A stretch of DNA of 64,000 bases from Octopus sinensis (GCF_006345805.1 NC_043002.1:23126001-23190000); one strand, 5' to 3'; numbered from the stretch's first letter, positions 36,454 through 49,759 are shown. A program made the numbers and translations. Notes: a model not told the origin generated them from the sequence alone.

Positions 36454-38014
36454 TATTCCCTTGGTATACTTGCGCTCTCTGAAACTCGTCTCTCTGATGA
36501 GGGTCAAATAGGTGAACCTATTTGTGGATATACTATCTTTTGGAGAGGCCTATCTAAGGGTCAGAGTAGAGAATCAGGTTTTGGGTTTGCTTTAAAGAAT
36601 ACATTAGTATCTTCCATTGCAGACTTTCCAAATGGTATGTCTGAACGGATCATGTCATGCCGTATTAAACGGGGAAAAGGTAGGTTTCTTACCCTTGTCA
36701 GTATTTATGCTCCAACAATGTCCCAATCTGATGAAACTGTGGGACAGTTTTATGATGATCTAGCACCAATATTTTGGAATCTCCTAATATGACCAGAAAA
36801 ATAAATATAAAACCATCTGAATTCACCCAAGATCTAAGCACTGGCATTTCATAGATTATATTCTGATCAGAAAACGTCACGTGAAAGACGTTGTAGTGCA
36901 TCAACCTGCGTGTGGAGCCGTTTGTAAGCCCCCTAAAATTTTTGTAGAGGGTAAGTTACTTGGGGTTGTCGATTCGTTCATCTAGCTTGGAAGCTCTATT
37001 CAAAATGATGGAAATCTTGATACAGAGATACAACTGCGAATTCAAAGAGCAGCAAAAGCATTTGGTGGTTTGGAGTCACGCGTTTGGTGCCAGCGGCATA
37101 TAAATAAGAATACAAAGCTGGCTCTTTACAAATCATTTGTCTTACCCTCTTTGTTGTATTCTTGTGAAACATGGACTTGTTATGAAAGCATTTTAAATTT
37201 GTAGAACAATTCCACCAAAAATTTCTTGATCGCATTTTAAAAATTAAATGGAATTATTTTACTCTTTGAAGTAAAATAATTCCATTTAATCTTGCATCTG
37301 CAGGCATCACCCTAATTAAAGCTATGATTTTGAGAAACCAAATGAGATGGTGTGGCCATACTGTTCGAATGGCAGATGAACGCATGTCGAAACAGCTGTT
37401 TTATGGTGAGCTTGCAGATGGGAAATGCTATCGGCGTAAACCTAAAAAAAAGGTTTAAGGACGCCATAAGGACTACTATGAAGTAAATTGGAATGGATCC
37501 AGAAGACATAGAAACCCTTGCTTCAGATCGAGTTGGATGGCGAACAAAAGTATGGAGTGGAGTGAAAACATTTGAAGAGGCCAGGATAACGCATGTAAGA
37601 CTCAAAAGAAATCTAAGGAAGAATGTAGTGATCGAGAAGGTGAATGACAATGGACTTTTTAAGTGCAAAGTCTGTGACAGACCTTGCCCGTCTTTTGCTG
37701 GGCTCAGATCTCATCTGCGAATCGATAGAAAACGAACATCCACCAACTATTCTGCCTATATGTCTATGCATACCTTTGAATGCAGTGTATGCCAGAAGGT
37801 TTGCAAATCCAACGTAGGCCTCAAAAGACATTTTAAGATCCACAAAGATCAGAACTTATCTGCAGCTCTTGGTGGTCCAAATCGGATGTGCAATCTGTGT
37901 TGGTGTCTTTTCAGAACTTTGACTGGTTTAAAAAGCTACGTCAGATGCCATGATGGTGCTATGGTGAAGGTACAGGAGGTGGTCAAACTCCGCATAAGGA
38001 GTAGACAACCACCA
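36450..38014 (+). mobile_element. Internally deleted RTE-clade LINE: APE endonuclease remnant joined to RT C-terminus and three C2H2 zinc fingers
   Basis: LALSETRL, YTIFWRG, SERIM, SIYAPT, HPRSKHWHFIDYI (APE); LLYSCETWT, RWCGHTVRM, KQLFYGEL, RFKD (RT thumb); CKVC..SHLR, CSVC..RHFKIH, CNLC..SYVRCH. Confidence 0.92.
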
Positions 38015-39415
38015 TATATATACACATACACACTTACGCATGTACGCACACATACACACGCACATACGCACATACATACGCAAGGCAAGCACACATACAC
38101 GCACGCACATGCACGTATACATGTCTATAATGCTTGAGTATAAATGTACATGAGTGCAGAAGTCTCGCAGGTTCGTTGAGTTATTTATATTCTTCAATAT
38201 CAATTGACAAGGTGAACTAGATTGTTTGAGAAATAAAAGTCGTGGCTTTCAAAACTCCTGAATTCAATGCACAAACATCCTCTTGGATTTCGTCTGCTCT
38301 TGCTTCCGATCTACTGATGAGCTCTATAATCTTACATAAGCTTCTGGCTTTTTTAGTGATTTCTTTCATTGTGTATACAAACTAGGACAGAACTATTACG
38401 CTGGCTTGTCTAATTTGCATAACACCACAAACTCAAACAACGTGGATAAATTAATCAATTAATAGTGCACCATGCAACACACACACACACTCTCTCTCTC
38501 TCTCCTCTCTCTCTCTCTTCTCTCTCTCTCGCTCTCTCCTCTCTTTTCTTCTCTGTCTTCCTCTTATAATATGAAATTGCAGGTAATTTTAATATTTTTA
38601 AGCTATTTGTGAAAATCTATCAAGTAAGTTACAAGTTTTATTTTGCTGTGGGCAGAAAAAGTAGGATCAATCAGATACGTTTTTGATGATGTTAGACTTT
38701 CGGCAGAGAAGGTTTATTCAGCTACTGACTATGGCGTAGTTATAAGATTACAGCGATTTAATGTATATACAAATTCGAAAAGTGCTAAACTAGCCTGTCT
38801 CGTTTGAAAAACAGTTTAGCTCTGCCCAACTTATACATTATAAATAGCTATAAACTAATAAACATATTGTGGATAGATGCTACTTAAACTCTCTCTGACG
38901 GCGATCTATTAAATTCAGAAACTAAACAAATCGATTTGTTTTCTGCCCACAAAAACATAAAACCTGTTGTGTAGTCCCTTTGTTTATCTTTCATAGCAAG
39001 GCTGCATAGTTGTAAGTATATTTTAAAAGGTATCTCAAAGACGCTATGTAATGTGCTATTTATTGATTAAACCACGTTGTCATCGCATGCACTTTTGTGC
39101 AAATTGGACGCGCCAATTTAGCGGCATCCGATTTTATATATTTCCTCGATGAAATTCTAACAAGATTAAAAAGTAGTCAGGTTAAATCCTTTCTCTACCC
39201 TTTGAGAGATAAAACTTAAAGTGTAACAAATATGGATACTTTCAGAAAAAGGTTAGATAGAAAGTCTATAAAAACGCCTATAGTAAATTTCGAAATATAA
39301 ATATAAGCGGTGAGCAGTGCACTATTGTGTTTGGTTAACTAATCCACACAGTCAGCGGATTCCCAGCTATGCATACTAGACCAGCTTAGCATTGTCTAAG
39401 TGTGTCCGATGTGAG

Positions 39416-39505
<90 letters not shown>

Positions 39506-40087
39506 AATATATATATATCACATCGGACAATCTCTTCTTTTCTGTAAATTTGAACTATATATATACAAACACACAGAAAGAGGCAGGTAGGAAGGGAGCA
39601 GAGGAGACAAATCGATAGAGATAATTACGCTGATATATGCGTGAGTTTAAAAATGCATAAATATATGCACACATACACACGCATACACGCGCACGCTCAT
39701 ACATATACAGGTATATAAAGAGAGGCGAGGTGAGAGGAGAAATCGGATGGACGGAAAGAAACGTATGTATAGATAGAGAGACGGGGGGCACAGAGAGAGG
39801 CAGAGAAACAGAGAAACAGAGAGGTAGAGAGAGAGATTTCTTTTCTCTTTAGAGATATATTTATTTTTACTTTTGATTGTATGGCAGTTTAACCACTAAA
39901 CAAATCCTCAATATAAACACAGTTTACATACGACAAGCGTTGTGTTTCCGCTTAATCGGTTTCTTTCAGATTTCCAGCTGTTTCCAAGACGATACATTCT
40001 ATGGTACCTTTATAGTGTTTTCGTCGATAAATTGACAGAAAATAAAATCTGGTTATCGACAAGGCACATGGGGGGGGGTGGATGTGT

Positions 40088-40171
<84 letters not shown>

Positions 40172-40176
40172 GGGTG

Positions 40177-40243
<67 letters not shown>

Positions 40244-40509
40244 TCATACATACATACATACATACATAGGCATGTAGGTAGGTAGGTAGGTAGGTATGTA
40301 GGTAGGTAGGTAGGTAGGTAGGTAGGTGGGTAGGTAAGTGGGTGGGTAGGTAGGTAAGTAGGTAGGTAGGATGGTAGAATGGCAGGATGGTAGAATGGTA
40401 GGATGGTAGGTAAGTAGTTACGTATGTACATACATACGTAGGTGGGTAAGTAGACAGGTAACTAGGTACGTAGCTAGGCAGGTAAGTATTTAGTTAAATG
40501 GGTTGACAA

Positions 40510-40550
<41 letters not shown>

Positions 40551-41578
40551 TGTGTGTGTGTTTGTTTAGCCAGAGAATGAGAGACAATGAGATAGATGAT
40601 AATAACGACATACATAATAGCTAATAAGTTTACACGCATGCGCTTAATAAGAGTATGTTCAAACTTACAAGGTAAATAGATCCCTGTGACAAAACCGTAG
40701 TCTATCGCTCTGTGTCCTTTCCCACGACATCCTCTCTCGCTATCTTTCTCACTCACTCTCATTGGCTTTGTCTCTTTCTCTCTCTCACGCTCCCTCACTC
40801 TCTCTCTCTCTCTCTCTCTCTCACACGCACATACACTCGCTCACTCTCACTCGCTTTGTCTCTTTCGCTCTCTCTTTCTTTTTTTCTCTTTTTCTCCCCG
40901 TTCCTGTTTCCACTCCCTAGGTTGAACGAAGAGAGAGAAAGAGATAGAACAGACAGACAGTGGGATTCAGTGAGGGAGGGAGATGGGGGAGAGGGAGGAA
41001 GATGGAGGAAGGAGGGAGGGAGATGGAGGAGGAGAGGGGATGGAGGGGATAGAAAGAAGGGAGAGGGGAAGGAGGAGAGGGAGGGGGAGGGAGGGGGAGG
41101 GAAAAGCAGGCAGAGAGTGGGAGGGAGAGATAGAGAGAAAACAGGCAGAGAGTGGGATTCAGAGAAAGAGAGAGAGGGAGAGACAGATAGAGAAACAGCA
41201 TACAAATACTTATTTCAAACATGCTATGATTACCAGGTAACGATGGTGTTCGTGTTACATGCCAGAACAGTCATTGGGTTGGCACAATCATTAGAACGTG
41301 AGGCAACATACCCTGCAGCATTTGTTCCTAAGCTTTATGTTCTAAGTTCAAATCCTACCGAGGTCAGTTCTGTAACGATTTAACTGCTGACCATTGGCCG
41401 AAATAAGAGGCAGTTTAAGACATCTTACATGCTTAGTAAGCTGGTTCTTCTCTGTCTCTCTCTTTTTTTCTCTTTAGATGTAAATGCACACATACGTATA
41501 TAAATGTAAGTATGAATGTGTGTATGTATATATACACATATCCACATTCTTTTCTTTCTATACATACATGCATACATT

Positions 41579-41930
41579 ATGGCTGCCCCCTCGTTATCGA
41601 GTACGGCCATTGCACGAAGCTTAACTGTTACTGGTGCTGTGATCGAATGTGACTTTTTAGCCCAGCTAAAGATCTACAATGTCTTGTACAGAATTGGCAA
41701 CTATTACCTTTACCTGTATTAGCCGGCTGTAGTTGTAACTGGGCTTCATGTACCTTTGCATGTCGTTTAAGTCCTCCTGCCGAATTACACTCTCTTCCAC
41801 ATGCCCGACAGATATGATTAGTATGGAGTGTTACACCACCACCAGTGGCCAGGTCGTCACTCGTCTGTCTCGCTTTATGACTACGAAGATGACTCTTGAG
41901 TCCTGCTTTACTGAGGCAGGGTCTGAGGCA
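41579..41930 (-). mobile_element. 5'-truncated RTE LINE 3' end with three C2H2 fingers
   Basis: CLRPCLSKAGLKSHLRSH, CRACGRECNSAGGLKRHAKVH, CQFCTRHCRSLAGLKSHIRSQH stop; (TATG)n at both ends. Confidence 0.88.
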
Positions 41931-42064
41931 TACATACATGTATACATACATACATACATACATACATACATGCATGCATGCATGCATGCATACATACATA
42001 CATACATACATACATGCATACATACATACATACGTACATACATACATACATGCATACATAGACT

Positions 42065-42406
42065 GTCTGAGACCCCCTTCGGTCACGACACTGACCATGG
42101 GATTGCACCTAGAAAGTTAGCCTCCCAGGCACAAGTCCGGGCAAGGTTGTTTATGGAAGACCAGCAGTCCCCCATGCATACCGGCCTCACCTCTCCATAC
42201 CACCACTGTTATCCAAGGGAAAGGCAAAGGCTGATACAGCATGGCACCAGTAACGTCACAACTCATTTCTACAGCTGAGTGAACTGGAGCAACGTGAAAT
42301 AAAGTGTCTTGCTGAAGAACACAATACGCAGCCCGGTACGAGATTCGAACTCACAACCACACGACCGTAAGCTCTTTGCTCTAACCACTGCGCCATGCGC
42401 CTTCAC
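42065..42406 (-). mobile_element. tRNA-type SINE (family C head, different tail)
   Basis: TGGCGCAGTGGTTAG and GAGTTCGAATCTC boxes; CAGCAAGACACTTTATTTCACGTTGCTCCAG block. Confidence 0.85.
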
Positions 42407-42439
42407 TACATAGACAGTATATTAAAGGAAATTAACACA

Positions 42440-42780
42440 AAAAGAAAGAAGTTAGCACTGAAGGAGTATGTTTTAATAAATGTACAAATGCTGTATAAGT
42501 TAACGCTAAAAGGAAATAGAAATAATATTGACGTTTCGGATGTAAATCCTTCATTGAAAGAGACTTAGCGAATAAAAATACAGGAATAGAGTAAAAAAGA
42601 AAAAAGTGGTTGGAGAGGGAAAACAACTGATATAGTTAGAGCGCAGGTCAGAGTAGGGCGCGGGTTCAGAAGACAAGTGAGAGAAGGGTGTATAAGCACG
42701 TAGGGGTGCACATCCACGTATTGATAAACGCATAAGAGAAAAGTGTGTATGTGAGAGTGTTGTGGGGAAGCAAAAGTGTG
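42440..42780 (-). mobile_element. Possible Penelope-like 3' UTR remnant with degenerate minimal hammerhead (42527-42557)
   Basis: Minus strand TCAATGAA-GGAT-TTAC-ATCC-GAA-ACGT-C; first core bases deviate from CTGA. Confidence 0.35.
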
Positions 42781-42903
42781 CTAGTATGAGAATACAGTGG
42801 TGTGGGATAGGGCGGAGAGGGTGGTTGGTGTGGACATGTAATCGTATTGTAAGCGTGTGTAGTCGTATCTATACATTGGCAGATAGATATAGATGTATGC
42901 GTG

Positions 42904-42962
<59 letters not shown>

Positions 42963-43214
42963 CATATATATATAGACATATATATATACATTCATATATA
43001 TGCATACATAAATAAATATATATGTATATACGTGTATATGTCAGTGTGTCTATATATATATATATGGGGGAGTGTATGGATGTATGGATGTATGGATGTA
43101 TGTATGTATGTATGTATGTATGTACGTATGTATGTATGTATGTATGTATGAAAGTTTGTATGTATGTATGTATGTATGTATGTTTGTATGTATGTATGTA
43201 TATATGTATATATA

Positions 43215-43288
<74 letters not shown>

Positions 43289-44003
43289 GAGGGTGTATGT
43301 ATGTATACACAAACTGAAACAAATAACGCCAGAAGTAATTAGATGTTATTGTCGTAATACTTTTAGCGTATTAAGTTATTTATAACTTTCTTACATATTC
43401 GGAAATTATTAGAAGGAAGTTATGTATGTATGTATGAATGTATGTATGTACGCATGTATGTATGTAGGTATGTATGTATGTATGTATGTATGTATCTATG
43501 AATGTATGTATGCATGTATTTATGTATGTATGCTGTGTATGCATGTATTTATGTACGTATGTATGTGAATGTATGTATATATGTATGTGTGTAGAAACGT
43601 ACACATGAACGTTCGTCTGTATGTACGTATGTAAGTGTGCATGTATTATGTATGAATAAATGAATGAATGAATGAATGTGTGCATGCGTGTATATACGAA
43701 GTAGGAATATAGGCAAAATATGGAAGATGATTGAACACTAGATTGTACAATCTATAATATTTGATTAATAGTTGGATATGTCTTCTGTGTACATTACAAG
43801 TAATGAGAATTGAGCGAATATCTAGATAGTAATTAACTAATTAATATATATACATTAAACCTATGTACGTGTGGTCATGTGAGCCTATGTACGTATGGTC
43901 ATGTGAGTATTATATATGTGTAGATATACATAGAGAGAGAGATATAATAGATAGACAGATAGTATATATATATTAATATAAATGATATATATATGTATAT
44001 GTG

Positions 44004-44037
<34 letters not shown>

Positions 44038-44899
44038 TATATGGGATATGTGCGTACAGGACGTCATCAACTGTGTAAACAACATGAAATACGAAAACAA
44101 ACGAGTTAAATACGCAAACAACAGGAGAAAATAGAAAACAGGACAAATAAACACAGAGAAACGACCCTTCATCAGTTGTCGGCTGTCTATCTACTCCTCA
44201 TTTCGAGCATTCAACGACAATATGAGTCTTCAAAGACAGTTGCTCCTCTAAATTCTAAAATAGCATTTAGGATTTATGGAGGGTCAAAGTTGGGAACAAC
44301 AACAGGACAGTGGAGGCATACAAGTAAACCGAACGAAAACAAACATGAAGGATCGTTATACCAGTACGAGAGGAAAATAGTGAACGCTGGGAGAAATATC
44401 TCTTTGAAAAGAGAAAAGATAGCAGAAAGAGAAAAAAACGCCCTGTCCTTTGAATGTCCGTGCAGGAAAAGAAAGATGGACGATGGTTACGTGTGAGCAA
44501 CGAGAGAGAGAAAATAAAGTAGCCCGAAAGGGCTTTAATGCGTTGCCAGAGCATATAGAACTTAGGACGAAGTACTAATAATGTATGTATACTAAAATTA
44601 TGAAGCATGTTATGTGATAACAGGCTAATCAGATATGAGATAATAACAATTCAAAGTAAATAACTCTGAAAAGGGTTTTTGTGCGTTCTCAGAGAATATT
44701 ACCCTCAGCGGCGCTAGTACTGGTACATTTGTGAATAAGTTACTAACCGAAATAAGTGGATCTATTGTTTAGGAAAATACTATTTACTTGTTTAAGGGTT
44801 GTACTGGATAAATTGCGAAAATAGCTCTACGAGTTCAAATACTAAGAAATAAGCATACTCAATTTGATTTATGCCAAATAATTTAGGAAAAATGCATGG

Positions 44900-45080
44900 G
44901 TTATTTCCCTTGTCTATATATAAGAATCCCTTCCAAGGGCCCTATTATCGATTCAACAATCTGAGTATTCCATGAGGTTTCCAAACATGAGTTCTACTCA
45001 CGTGTCAAGTTTCATCAAAATCGATAAAACGATGTAGGAGTTAGCTAACAACTCCACAAACACGCCCACAGACAGAATTT
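44900..45080 (+). mobile_element. Possible Helitron/Helentron-type nonautonomous end with short hairpin
   Basis: GTCAAGTTTCATCAAAATCG block followed by GGAGTT-AGCTAAC-AACTCC hairpin then (TA)n; last 56 bp repeated at 46721-46776. Confidence 0.4.
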
Positions 45081-45095
45081 CCCACATATGTATGT

Positions 45096-45183
<88 letters not shown>

Positions 45184-45408
45184 AAGAAGGGAGTAGATAA
45201 GATCCGGGCTACATATGTTCTATAGCGAGCCGAAATTCGGAAGTGGTAAATATCCAAGCGCGATGTATACCGCAGGCCACTCTTCAGGACATCTTGAATC
45301 TTCGATGTGTTAATATGTACCTTTTGCCCGGAGCTTATCTACTCTATTCCTTAACTCTTGTATTCTTATTCGCACACCCGGCAACCCTGGTCGCCTACCA
45401 TGAAATGA

Positions 45409-45468
45409 TTGATTGATTGATTGATTCTAGTTTCAGCTTATGAGCTGTGGCCATGCTGGGGCACCGCC
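45409..45468 (-). mobile_element. Orphan retroposon 3' tail related to SINE family B tail
   Basis: Minus strand GGCGGTGCCCCAGCATGGCCACAGCTC..CTAG(AATC)n. Confidence 0.6.
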
Positions 45469-45680
45469 ATTTATATAAATATATAAAGTTCTCTCAGTTT
45501 ATCGTACTTCGATACGAAAAATCCACAACCTTCCGTCTCAATAAACCACATTTGTCCCTGAAAGTTGTTTTTTTTTAATATTTACTACGGGTTGCTTGAA
45601 GCTAACTTTCTTCCTACACATCGATCCTTGCATCTTATAGTTATATTCCCTCTCTCTCACTCTCCTCCTCGCGCTTTCTT

Positions 45681-45719
<39 letters not shown>

Positions 45720-45723
45720 CTAT

Positions 45724-45885
45724 CTCGTTGTCTGTCTTTCTCTTACCCTCCTCCCACTATCACATGATCCGTGACAGCCTAAGGCAGTGTTATTCTTTTT
45801 TGCGTTGCCTTCGACCGGACTGATCACGACTTTCTGAGCTCCTCGCTTCTCTTAATTTCTTTTCTTCTCCTCTCCAGCTCTCTCA

Positions 45886-45929
<44 letters not shown>

Positions 45930-46055
45930 TCGCTGTCTATCTTTCTGTTATCCTCCTCCTACTATCACGTGAACCGTGACAGCCTAAGGTGATGTCATTC
46001 TTTTTCACGTTGCCTTCGAGCAGACTGGTCACGATTTTCTGATCTTCCCGCTCTG
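45724..46055. repeat. Two diverged direct repeats (~130-bp cores, ~204-bp period) separated by (CT)n
   Basis: CACTATCACATGATCCGTGACAGCCTAAGG versus TACTATCACGTGAACCGTGACAGCCTAAGG and following blocks. Confidence 0.8.
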
Positions 46056-46489
46056 CACACCCCACTCCTGTTTCTATAGTCCTATGGGACAGTTTTTCTT
46101 TCCTACTTCGAGTTACCTATTTTTGTCTTGTCTTTCAACCCTAAGGCTTTTTTGCGGTATATGTATTATCATTTTAATTGTTGTTTTCGTGTGGCCCTAA
46201 GCCTTTATTCTGTTTATTATCTTGTCCCTTGCCTGTCTACTAACGGTCTCGTCTCGAGCCCGTCTCGTTTTTTGGTTCATTCTCGTTTTGAGTCATTCTC
46301 GTTTTGGTCCATTCCCGGCAAATTTCTTGCCGGTACCTCCAGAATAGAAGCAATATTATCGATAATGGCCGAAATTGCGCTCGACCTTCTGGCCGATAGC
46401 TGAAGATGAGTTGGTGACCGTCTGTGTTTTCCGTTCATCTGTGTATATAGTATATTTTCGTATGTGTACTTACTACACGTTTTTTTTTG

Positions 46490-46527
<38 letters not shown>

Positions 46528-46594
46528 TATATATACAGGTATGTCATATTTTCTATTTGTTGTCTTTTGTTTAATCCTGAATATATATATATTA

Positions 46595-46669
<75 letters not shown>

Positions 46670-46884
46670 GTATGTATGTATATATATATGAATATATATA
46701 TGTATATATATATGCACATTGATAAAACGATGTAGGAATTAGCTAACAATTCCACAAACACGCCCACAGAAAGAATATATATATATACGACCTCGAACCC
46801 ACAAGTGTAAACAAGAGAGACAGAGAAAAGCAGAAACAAGGAAAATGTCACTTATATTTGAACACTATACAAATATTCACTTCA

Positions 46885-47018
46885 ATATTTAAGTTTAATT
46901 TGTTAAAATATTTTCGTCGCTAAAATCCGCGACCTGTTCACTGACTGACGGATTTTTGTCAGTAAACAGGTCGCGGATTTTAGCGACGAAAATATTTTGA
47001 CAATTTAAACTTAAATAT
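46885..47018. repeat. Imperfect palindrome (~60-bp arms, 12-bp spacer)
   Basis: AAAATATTTTCGTCGCTAAAATCCGCGACCTGTT / AACAGGTCGCGGATTTTAGCGACGAAAATATTTT. Confidence 0.9.
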
Positions 47019-47078
47019 ACAAATATTCTTTTAAAAAAACTTTTCTATTAATTTTTCTAAATTTAATTATTTAATCGT

Positions 47079-47119
47079 TACAGTTGAAAAGGTCTCAAAT
47101 GACTGAAACCGGTATTGAA
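47079..47119 (+). ncRNA. Degenerate minimal type I hammerhead motif
   Basis: TTGAAAA (core CTGAAGA with two transitions), stem II GGTC/GACT, GAA, palindromic ACCGGT, GUA, stem I TACAG/TTGAA partly paired. Confidence 0.45.
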
Positions 47120-47171
47120 ATGTTCTTTATAAAATTATTTTAGCATTTTCTATCTTGACTTGTTTTTTCAT

Positions 47172-47232
<61 letters not shown>

Positions 47233-47258
47233 ATATATATATATATATATATATATGC

Positions 47259-47289
<31 letters not shown>

Positions 47290-47293
47290 GCAT

Positions 47294-47326
<33 letters not shown>

Positions 47327-47330
47327 CTAT

Positions 47331-47402
<72 letters not shown>

Positions 47403-47438
47403 GATGAGGGAAAGTGGATTTGGTACAAATCTTTATTT

Positions 47439-47540
47439 AACACGACGATCGTTTCGACTCATCCTGCAACTGTCCCTTACCGGTAGGATATTGTGCATCT
47501 AGTTGTGTTGCATCAGCCAGTGCAATCTACCTCAGATGTT
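47439..47540 (-). ncRNA. Degenerate type I hammerhead motif
   Basis: Minus strand: stem I AACAT/GTGTT, core CTGAGGT (A9 changed), stem II GATT/AGTC with inner TGCAAC/GTTGCA, GAA, palindromic ACGATCGT, GUC. Confidence 0.5.
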
Positions 47541-47735
47541 TTGTGTAAAAAGACATCCTATTACATATACTGAGTTCCTCTTGGGAGTACACTGACGAAG
47601 GGTAGAATAATTTGGGGCTAATAACCTGCGAATGGGTTTGGCTACAGTTGACATTGAATATATAACATAAATTAAAATAATAAAAAGGATAGAGAATAAA
47701 ACCTGCCAAAGTATACGAATTGAAAGTTAATTCAT

Positions 47736-47802
<67 letters not shown>

Positions 47803-47978
47803 GCGAAAGCTCCAAATACAGTATTACACAATCTTTCGAAAAGTTCTACGAAGAGATAAAGAATTAAGACAATATGAGTAATAAACAGTTTTTTACCAGC
47901 TTCTGACTACTTTCTTCTTTTATTAATTTATTAACGTGTCTGAGTATGTGAGAGTGCGTTTGTGTGTGTGTGTTTGTA

Positions 47979-48018
<40 letters not shown>

Positions 48019-48791
48019 AGCACCTTTCGTTCTAACTTCAATTATTTAAATAGTCTTTCAATCTATTCTTTCTACTTATACATTTCGATTATATTTTAAC
48101 GACGGTCAATATTATTTGTAAATATTACTTTCAAAGCATCTGAAAATAATTATAAAAAGAGCGACGCCATTCGCGAACTTTTGAATAGTGAAATACAAAT
48201 GTTTGTTTGATATGTAACGTATTAGATATCAAAACTAGAGAAATTTTATTTTAGCACTCGTCTGACAAGATATCATGTCACATTTGAAAAATGCGAAACG
48301 AAACGATATCAATGCATAAATGAAATCGAAATACATAGAAATACGCTTAAGCCCGCCTTGAAAGTGCCTCGAACGAAAAGAAGTGCTGCCACAATCAATA
48401 TACATTTCCGCTTAATTTACATAGGGATTAGATTTTTGCTGACAGAGGAACATCGCCAGCTTTCTCAGATTTTTATCTTTTCGTAGCAGATCATTACTTT
48501 GTTTTGTAAATTGTTGATTTTTATTTCTAATGGAAATTGCTATTTGTTTTACTTAATTAACCCTTTCTGACTAAAATTGCCTCTTTATACAGGAAAAAAA
48601 TTATTTTCGTGATTCAATATAATTCGTGCGCTGAATTGATAATAACAGCATAATGGAACCAACTGCAAGCGTGTGTGTGTGTGTGTGTGTTAATATATAT
48701 ATATGTGTGTATTAATATATATGTGTGTGTGTGTGTACGTTTATCTGTACATATATGTTTGTACATACATGTATATACATGTGTGTGTGTG

Positions 48792-48891
<100 letters not shown>

Positions 48892-49759
48892 GTGTGTGTA
48901 TGTGTGTACACAGAAGTCTGAAAATTACCATCTCAAGAATAACTTGTATAACTTTTCTCGTGATATGTCATACTGCAAGCAATATGAAATATGACTTCTC
49001 AAAAATGTTAATTATAGTTGGTCCTATTAAACTTGTCTAGAGTCTTCCGTAATTATATAGTTCTAATCACGAATCACATGAAGAGAGAATATCAGAGTGT
49101 GTGTCCTCTTGGCACGCGTATAGAAACACCATGTCATTATCCAATTGTCCGTTCTATACTCACTTCTGCATCAGATACTTCAACTGTTCATATATAATGT
49201 TATGGGACTGAACAGGTAAAAATCTTCAATTTATCAGATCAATATAATTAAGTAATATGTTGACTGTCCACTGAGAAAATGTTTGAGTTTACTATGAAAA
49301 CTTTATAAAATGAGGTTATTGAAATTTCTAAGCATGTCCAATGTTAGCAACAAGAATCGATTTATCTTAATGATTCCTGTTTTTCGGCCGCTAAAAGAAA
49401 CTGTACTACAGAATTACAAGTACAATCAGAGGCTTCTATTAAAGTCATTGCTGTTGCAGTAATTTGTGCTTCATTACCTCTATCAACATCAACTTAAACA
49501 GCCAACGAAACTGTTCTGTGGTTTATTTGTATTACACAACCAGACTAACGTAAATTTCACCAGATGGACATTTAGCGACCAAGAACGTTCTTTGCGAGTA
49601 AGTTTGTTCGCTGTTTTCTATTCATTTCAAAACTACATTCATCCAAATTATTTTTATATACAAAATATAACGAAATTTCAAAATTACATATTAAAGTTTT
49701 AGAAATAAGTGTTTTAACAAAAGAATTTTCTGATTGGAAAATATGTTCGTCAATGTTTC

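Noticed and set aside
37374-37402. CAGATGA..GAAACAGCTGTT hammerhead-like string
   Set aside because: Core is CAGATGA, stems I and II do not form, and it lies in RTE coding sequence (SKQLFY).
38336-38381. Possible 46-nt minus-strand micro-exon (ttctgtcctag / gtaaga) encoding FVYTMKEITKKARSL
   Set aside because: Splice-like motifs of this strength occur by chance in 64 kb and no partner exon was found.
44160-44260. CTGATGAAGGG on the minus strand
   Set aside because: No GAAA or stem III follows; left as an unclassified repeat.
46360-46425. GAAA upstream of CTGAAGA, suggesting a type II hammerhead
   Set aside because: No stem III or NUH can be formed.
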